A program made the position numbers and the translations under genes. The notes beneath the pieces were generated by a model. The model made no database searches. It was not told the origin of the DNA and was given only the letters and a program-made list of their open reading frames with translations. From an uncultured Chloroflexia bacterium (lineage in GTDB: Bacteria > Chloroflexota > Dehalococcoidia > GIF9 > UBA5629): DNA of 64,000 nt. Where the stretch lies: the NCBI GenBank assembly GCA_963705905.1, contig OY970123.1:275051-339050 (forward strand), written 5' to 3'. The first letter of the stretch is position 1. Every line of letters begins with the position of its first letter. Positions 59,325 through 64,000 of the stretch are shown in pieces.

Positions 59325-60803
59325 TTAGAACTTACGTTTCCACTCTTTCGGCCAGCGCTCAATGACCACTTTCTTTTGTGTAAAGAATTCCACGGCATCC
59401 ATGCCCTGCCCGTGTAAGTCGCCAAAGAAGCTCTCTTTCCATCCCGTGAAAGGGAAAAAGGCCATGGGTGCTGCAATGCCGAGATTGATTCCTATATTGC
59501 CGGCTATAACCTCATAGCGGAACTTACGCGCTGCGGGCCCGCTGCTGGTAAAGAGGCAGGCCATATTTCCGTATTTGCCGCTGTTGATCATGGCTATAGC
59601 CTGGTCCAAGCTATCTGCTTGCATCATCCCCAGCACCGGTCCGAATATCTCTGTTCTGACGATCTCTCCGTCAGCGGGCACATCCTGCAAGATAGTCGGT
59701 CGTATGAAGTTGCCTAGTTCATATCCGGGAATACGGGTATTACGCCCGTCCACCGGGACCTTCGCCCCCTCCTGCAGGGCTTTTCCAATTAATGCTTCGA
59801 TGCGTTCCTTGCTCTGCGGTGTAATGACCGGCCCCATCTGCACTTTCTCATCGAGGCCATAGCCGACCACCCTGTTCTTGGCGGACTCGGTGATGGCTTC
59901 AGTAAAAACCCTGCGCGCTTCGCCTACCGTTATCACCAGCGAAGCGGCCAGGCAGCGCTGTCCTGCGCAGCCAAAAAGGCTATCTGCGATAATACGCGTG
60001 GATGCCTCCATATCGGCGTCAGGCAGGACCACCACCGGATTTTTAGCCCCGCCCTGGCACTGTGCGCGTTTGCCGTTGGCCGTGGCCCGGCTGTAGATAT
60101 ACTTGGCTACAGGCGTTGAGCCTACAAAGCTGATGGCCCGAATGGCCGGGTTATCCAGGATTGCATCAACTGCGACCTTAGAACCGTTCACAAGGTTAAG
60201 CACCCCTGCCGGCAAGCCCGTTTTCTCCACCAGACGGAATATCTTCTGCATGGTCAGAGGAACTCTCTCCGAAGGTTTTACGATGTACGTGTTTCCACAT
60301 GCTATGGCGTATGGCAGGAACCAGAAAGGCACCATTGCGGGGAAATTAAAGGGGGCGATCACGGCGCAGACTCCAACAGGCTGGCGGATCATGAATTCAT
60401 CTATGCCGGGGGCGATATCTTCGGAATTATAGCCCTGCATTAATATGGGTATGCCGCAGGCTACCTCCACGTTTTCGATCAGACGTCGCGTTTCACCCCT
60501 GGATTCTTCGATCGTCTTCCCGCTTTCCATTGTGATCGTACGTGCAAGCTCTTCGAAATTCTCTTCCAAAAGATTCTTCAGTTTGAAGAGAAACTGTACA
60601 CGGTCAACAGCGGGCGTTTGTCTCCAGTGTGTGAAAACACCGGAAGCAGCTTGAGCGGCCAGGTCTATATCAGCTGCCGGGGAGAGTGGCACGCGTCCCA
60701 GCACCTCGGCCGTGGCCGGATTGACCACATCCTGGTAATCAGCACCGCTGGAAGGCTGCCATTTTCCCCCGATATAGTTAAGGATTTCAAGATTATTATC
60801 CAC
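59325..60803 (-). CDS. mmsA: CoA-acylating (methyl)malonate-semialdehyde dehydrogenase
   Basis: [53 protein letters not shown]. Confidence 0.9.
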   Translation of the reverse strand: MDNNLEILNYIGGKWQPSSGADYQDVVNPATAEVLGRVPLSPAADIDLAAQAASGVFTHWRQTPAVDRVQFLFKLKNLLEENFEELARTITMESGKTIEESRGETRRLIENVEVACGIPILMQGYNSEDIAPGIDEFMIRQPVGVCAVIAPFNFPAMVPFWFLPYAIACGNTYIVKPSERVPLTMQKIFRLVEKTGLPAGVLNLVNGSKVAVDAILDNPAIRAISFVGSTPVAKYIYSRATANGKRAQCQGGAKNPVVVLPDADMEASTRIIADSLFGCAGQRCLAASLVITVGEARRVFTEAITESAKNRVVGYGLDEKVQMGPVITPQSKERIEALIGKALQEGAKVPVDGRNTRIPGYELGNFIRPTILQDVPADGEIVRTEIFGPVLGMMQADSLDQAIAMINSGKYGNMACLFTSSGPAARKFRYEVIAGNIGINLGIAAPMAFFPFTGWKESFFGDLHGQGMDAVEFFTQKKVVIERWPKEWKRKF

Positions 60804-60831
60804 AGATGAACCTCCCGGATTGCTCGATAGC

Positions 60832-61908
60832 TTATTTCAAATCGTCCGGCTTCACCTCGCGTCCTGTTTTAGACGATTCCAGCGCTGCCAGAGCGAACTG
60901 CAATACTGCTTTGCCACCAGGCCCGTCGAGGACCGGCTTGCCGCCCTTTTGAATAACGTCGATCATTTGGCGTGTGCAGTCAATGAAACTGTCCGCCCAG
61001 TCCACCCGGGGCACCTCGCAGGCCGTCGTTTTTCCATTGCAAAATATCATCAGCTCGGGCAGATCAACGGTACGAGTGGTATAGCGGTTGATAAAAATGG
61101 TCCCCTTGTCGCCGATGATTTCAATTCTGTCATCATCGACATAATATTTAGACTCTATCTCCATATTGGGAGTGTGCTCTACATCGAATGTTCCGTAACG
61201 CCTCTTGCCTTTGAACTGAAATGAAATCACTGCAGGCGCATCCAGGTTGATGCCGGGCATAACGGCAGTATGGTCTATCCAGGCATGTACCCTTTCGACC
61301 GGTCCCATCAGGTAATATGCCAGTGAAAAGAGATGATATCCGTGATCGAAAACTAGTGGACCGCCGCCGCACTTTTTATTATTAAAACGCCAGACCCAGG
61401 CACTTAAGGGAACGTCCCAGCCATTGGCAGTTTTGCCGGTATTGACGTGCATGCGTAGCATCTGTGGTTCTCCTATCTCGCCTGCTTCGATCATTTTTTT
61501 AGCCTGTACGGCAGGGGGATAGAATACGAACGTTTCATAGATCCGCAACAATACGCCGGCCTTCCGTGCCGCTTCTATCATGCGGTCCGCGTCGGAGACG
61601 CAGGTAGCCATGGGTTTTTGCACGCTGACATGCTTGCCTGCCGTGCAGGCGGCCACGGTCATTTCGGCATGAAGGAAATGTGGTACGAGCAGTTCGACCA
61701 GGTCTATATCCTTGTCATCCAGCAACCTGTTATAGTCGTAGAAAACCTTTTCCACGCCCCAGGCTTTAGCTTTGGCATTGGCAGCGCCCTTGTTGGTATC
61801 GCATACGGCCATGATCCTGGCGTCTTCAAGTCCGCGGTACCCCAATTCATGCAGGTCGGAGATACGGCCGCAGCCGACGATAGCGACATTTACCGGTTTC
61901 CTGATCAC
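60832..61908 (-). CDS. Gfo/Idh/MocA family oxidoreductase
   Basis: [21 protein letters not shown]...DHGYH. Confidence 0.88.
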   Translation of the reverse strand: MIRKPVNVAIVGCGRISDLHELGYRGLEDARIMAVCDTNKGAANAKAKAWGVEKVFYDYNRLLDDKDIDLVELLVPHFLHAEMTVAACTAGKHVSVQKPMATCVSDADRMIEAARKAGVLLRIYETFVFYPPAVQAKKMIEAGEIGEPQMLRMHVNTGKTANGWDVPLSAWVWRFNNKKCGGGPLVFDHGYHLFSLAYYLMGPVERVHAWIDHTAVMPGINLDAPAVISFQFKGKRRYGTFDVEHTPNMEIESKYYVDDDRIEIIGDKGTIFINRYTTRTVDLPELMIFCNGKTTACEVPRVDWADSFIDCTRQMIDVIQKGGKPVLDGPGGKAVLQFALAALESSKTGREVKPDDLK

Positions 61909-61946
61909 TTTTCCAACCCCCTTTTATCATGGTCAGTTCAATCCAT

Positions 61947-62582
61947 TCAACTGCGTTGCGATCTTTTTCTCAACGAGGATAAGATCGCCTGATCGGATTT
62001 TGCGCTTGATTCTATCAGAGGTAAAAAACCGGGATAGTTGACGACGGTACTGACAATATCTTCCGGAAGTAGCGGGATAATTTCCAGCATATTTTTGTGC
62101 GTTAGCTTGCTGAGTTTTTCCAGAAGCAATCGCGACTGTCTCTGTGGATCACGCCGGTGAGGCGGATAACCGAAGCCTCTTTCAACACTAAACAGTTTTT
62201 CGAAGATAAATTTGAGGTCTACCTCTCCTGCCCAGCCATAGCCCTGGTTGAGCCCCAGCGAAATGCAGTTTCCACCGTTAATCTGCATGAAAAGCCAGCC
62301 ATCGAGGGGTGACCGTATCAGTCCGCAGGAGACGCCGGGGTACTGCATGACCGAATTGAGGAAACCCTGACCCGTGCCGCAGCCGCCCACTACAAAATCA
62401 ACAGTTCCTGCATTAAGTAATATTGCGGCCATCAAGCCGGTATGGATATAGGATAGCTCAGTCTGTTCGCCGCTTTTTTTCATGCCGACGTTGATAACTT
62501 CATGTCCCAATCCATCCAGGGCGGCCATGATATCGACATTTTTATCTACTGCGCTGGTCTCGCTAATAACAGCTATACGCAT
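61947..62582 (-). CDS. RpiB/LacA/LacB family isomerase (long, DhuI-like type)
   Basis: LSYIHTG...DFVVGGCGTGQG...QINGGNC...GYGWAGE; C-terminal extension GYPPHR..PQ. Confidence 0.85.
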   Translation of the reverse strand: MRIAVISETSAVDKNVDIMAALDGLGHEVINVGMKKSGEQTELSYIHTGLMAAILLNAGTVDFVVGGCGTGQGFLNSVMQYPGVSCGLIRSPLDGWLFMQINGGNCISLGLNQGYGWAGEVDLKFIFEKLFSVERGFGYPPHRRDPQRQSRLLLEKLSKLTHKNMLEIIPLLPEDIVSTVVNYPGFLPLIESSAKSDQAILSSLRKRSQRS

Positions 62583-62594
62583 ATTCCCTCCGGC

Positions 62595-63539
62595 TTATTT
62601 TGTCTTCTTTTCCATAACTTTCAAAGCCGCATCGGCAATATCCCTGGCGCCAAGACCGTAGGCATCCATGATGGTCTCGGGATCGGGCCCGGTGCAGGCG
62701 AAGGTGTCCTTGATGCCCACGCAGACCTGAGGCACGGGCATTTCCTGCGCCAGAAGTTCGGCTACCGCCGATCCCAGTCCGCCTATCACCGTATGTTCTT
62801 CAGCTGTAACCACTCCACCGGTTACTCCGGCCATCTTCAGGATTAAATCATTATCCAGCGGCTTGACCGTGTGTATATCCAGCACGCAGGCGTCGACCCC
62901 ACGGCCGGCCAATATGTCTGCGGCCTGCAGGCCGCGTCCGACCATGGATCCGCAGGCAATTATGGTAACATCATTTCCCGGTCTGCGCACGATACCCCTG
63001 CCTATTTGTAAGTTATCATGGGTTTGTGAAACCGGTTGTGTGGCTGAGCGGTTGAGCCGTAGATAAACGGGTCCATCATATTCAGCAATCAATTTGACAA
63101 AGGCTACAGCCTCCCCGGCGTCTGCCGGAACGATAACGGTCATCTCGGGTAAAGATCGCATGATGGCAATATCCGTGATGGCATGGTGGGTTGGGCCGTC
63201 CTTGAAATCTGAGACGCCGGCATAGCCGGCCGCAATTTTGACGTTGGCCCTGTTATAACATACGCAGGTGCGTATTTGCTCGAGCGCCCGCAGGGTAACC
63301 AGAGCGGCAAAAGCATTAACGAAGGGCAGCATACCCCCCAACGCCAGCCCTGCGCTCATATCTATCATGCATGGCTCCGCAATGCCGACATTGAAAAAAC
63401 GCTCGGGGAAACGTGATGCGAAATAGCTGGAGAGGGTTGAGGACGATGTGTCCGCATCCAGCACCACCACCGCGGGATTGACTGCACCGTAATCGGCCAG
63501 CGCCTTTCCATAGGCTTCACGCATGGCCGGGTTGCTCAT
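62595..63539 (-). CDS. Transketolase, C-terminal (pyrimidine-binding) subunit
   Basis: MREAYG, FFNVGIAE, DGPTHH, GPVYLRL, TVKPLD, TAEEH...GGLG. Confidence 0.92.
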   Translation of the reverse strand: MSNPAMREAYGKALADYGAVNPAVVVLDADTSSSTLSSYFASRFPERFFNVGIAEPCMIDMSAGLALGGMLPFVNAFAALVTLRALEQIRTCVCYNRANVKIAAGYAGVSDFKDGPTHHAITDIAIMRSLPEMTVIVPADAGEAVAFVKLIAEYDGPVYLRLNRSATQPVSQTHDNLQIGRGIVRRPGNDVTIIACGSMVGRGLQAADILAGRGVDACVLDIHTVKPLDNDLILKMAGVTGGVVTAEEHTVIGGLGSAVAELLAQEMPVPQVCVGIKDTFACTGPDPETIMDAYGLGARDIADAALKVMEKKTK

Positions 63540-63540
63540 A

Positions 63541-64000
63541 TTAGTTACTTCCTCCGCCCAACTCAGCCATAGCAGCCTGGAATTGCTCTTTATTTGGCGC
63601 TACGCCGTGCCACTGGGCTTTGTTTTCCATGAAGGAGACGCCCTTCCCTTTAACTGTGTGGGCAATTATAACGCTGGGCTTTCCTTTTACACTATGTGCT
63701 TGATCCAGGGCAGCCAGTATCTGAGCTATGTTGTGCCCATCGATCTCGATCACATTCCAGCGGAAGGACCGCCATTTATCGGCAAAAGGCTCCATTGGCA
63801 TTATGTCTTGCACCGGCCCGTCGAGTTGTACTTTGTTATAGTCCACGATCGCCGTAAGGTTGGCCAGGCCGAATTTGGCGCAGGAGTTGGCTCCTTCCCA
63901 GACGATACCTCCCTGGCACTCGCCATCCCCCAGCAGTACGTAGACTCGATATCTCCTGTTCTTCAGCTTTGCCGCCAACGCCAGCCCCCCTCCCACTGCG
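63541..64000 (-). CDS. Transketolase, N-terminal (TPP-binding) subunit (start beyond the window's right edge)
   Basis: LGDGECQGGIVWE...IVDYN, IDGH, TVKGKGV...WHG. Confidence 0.9.
   Translation of the reverse strand, partial: AVGGGLALAAKLKNRRYRVYVLLGDGECQGGIVWEGANSCAKFGLANLTAIVDYNKVQLDGPVQDIMPMEPFADKWRSFRWNVIEIDGHNIAQILAALDQAHSVKGKPSVIIAHTVKGKGVSFMENKAQWHGVAPNKEQFQAAMAELGGGSN

Overview
Bacterial chromosomal segment, most likely from a Dehalococcoidia-like Chloroflexota. This is inferred from the multiple PlsY paralogs, the IPT/CARDB/choice-of-anchor surface proteins, the archaellin genes and the gene order; no search was run. Housekeeping content: TPP-riboswitch-controlled thiC, hom-thrC-folE, a PyrR-attenuated pyrR-pyrB-pyrC-carA-carB-pyrK operon with no pyrD in it, pepA, rnc, glpX and four tRNAs (Asp, Pro, Gln, Glu). 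Accessory content: (i) a small islet at tRNA-Asp bounded by a copy of the tRNA 3' end and a ~58-bp imperfect direct repeat; (ii) an acyl-CoA cluster with a paired acyl-CoA dehydrogenase, a Cys-less HMG-CoA-synthase-like/DUF35 fusion, an SCP2-type thiolase and two MaoC hydratases, flanked by two plsY genes; (iii) a MarR / FGGY kinase / RuBisCO-like protein module; (iv) two archaeal-type flagellin (archaellin) genes with no motor genes nearby, lying between a phage-free cI/cro-like divergent pair (degenerate S24 domain, palindromic operator candidates) and a Cys/Trp-rich protein preceded by repeated TGTGCACA boxes; (v) a decayed mosaic region downstream of tRNA-Glu; and (vi) a sugar(-acid) catabolic cluster with split transketolase, RpiB-type isomerase, Gfo/Idh/MocA oxidoreductase, MmsA and duplicated GPH symporters. 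All product calls come from motif recognition by eye.
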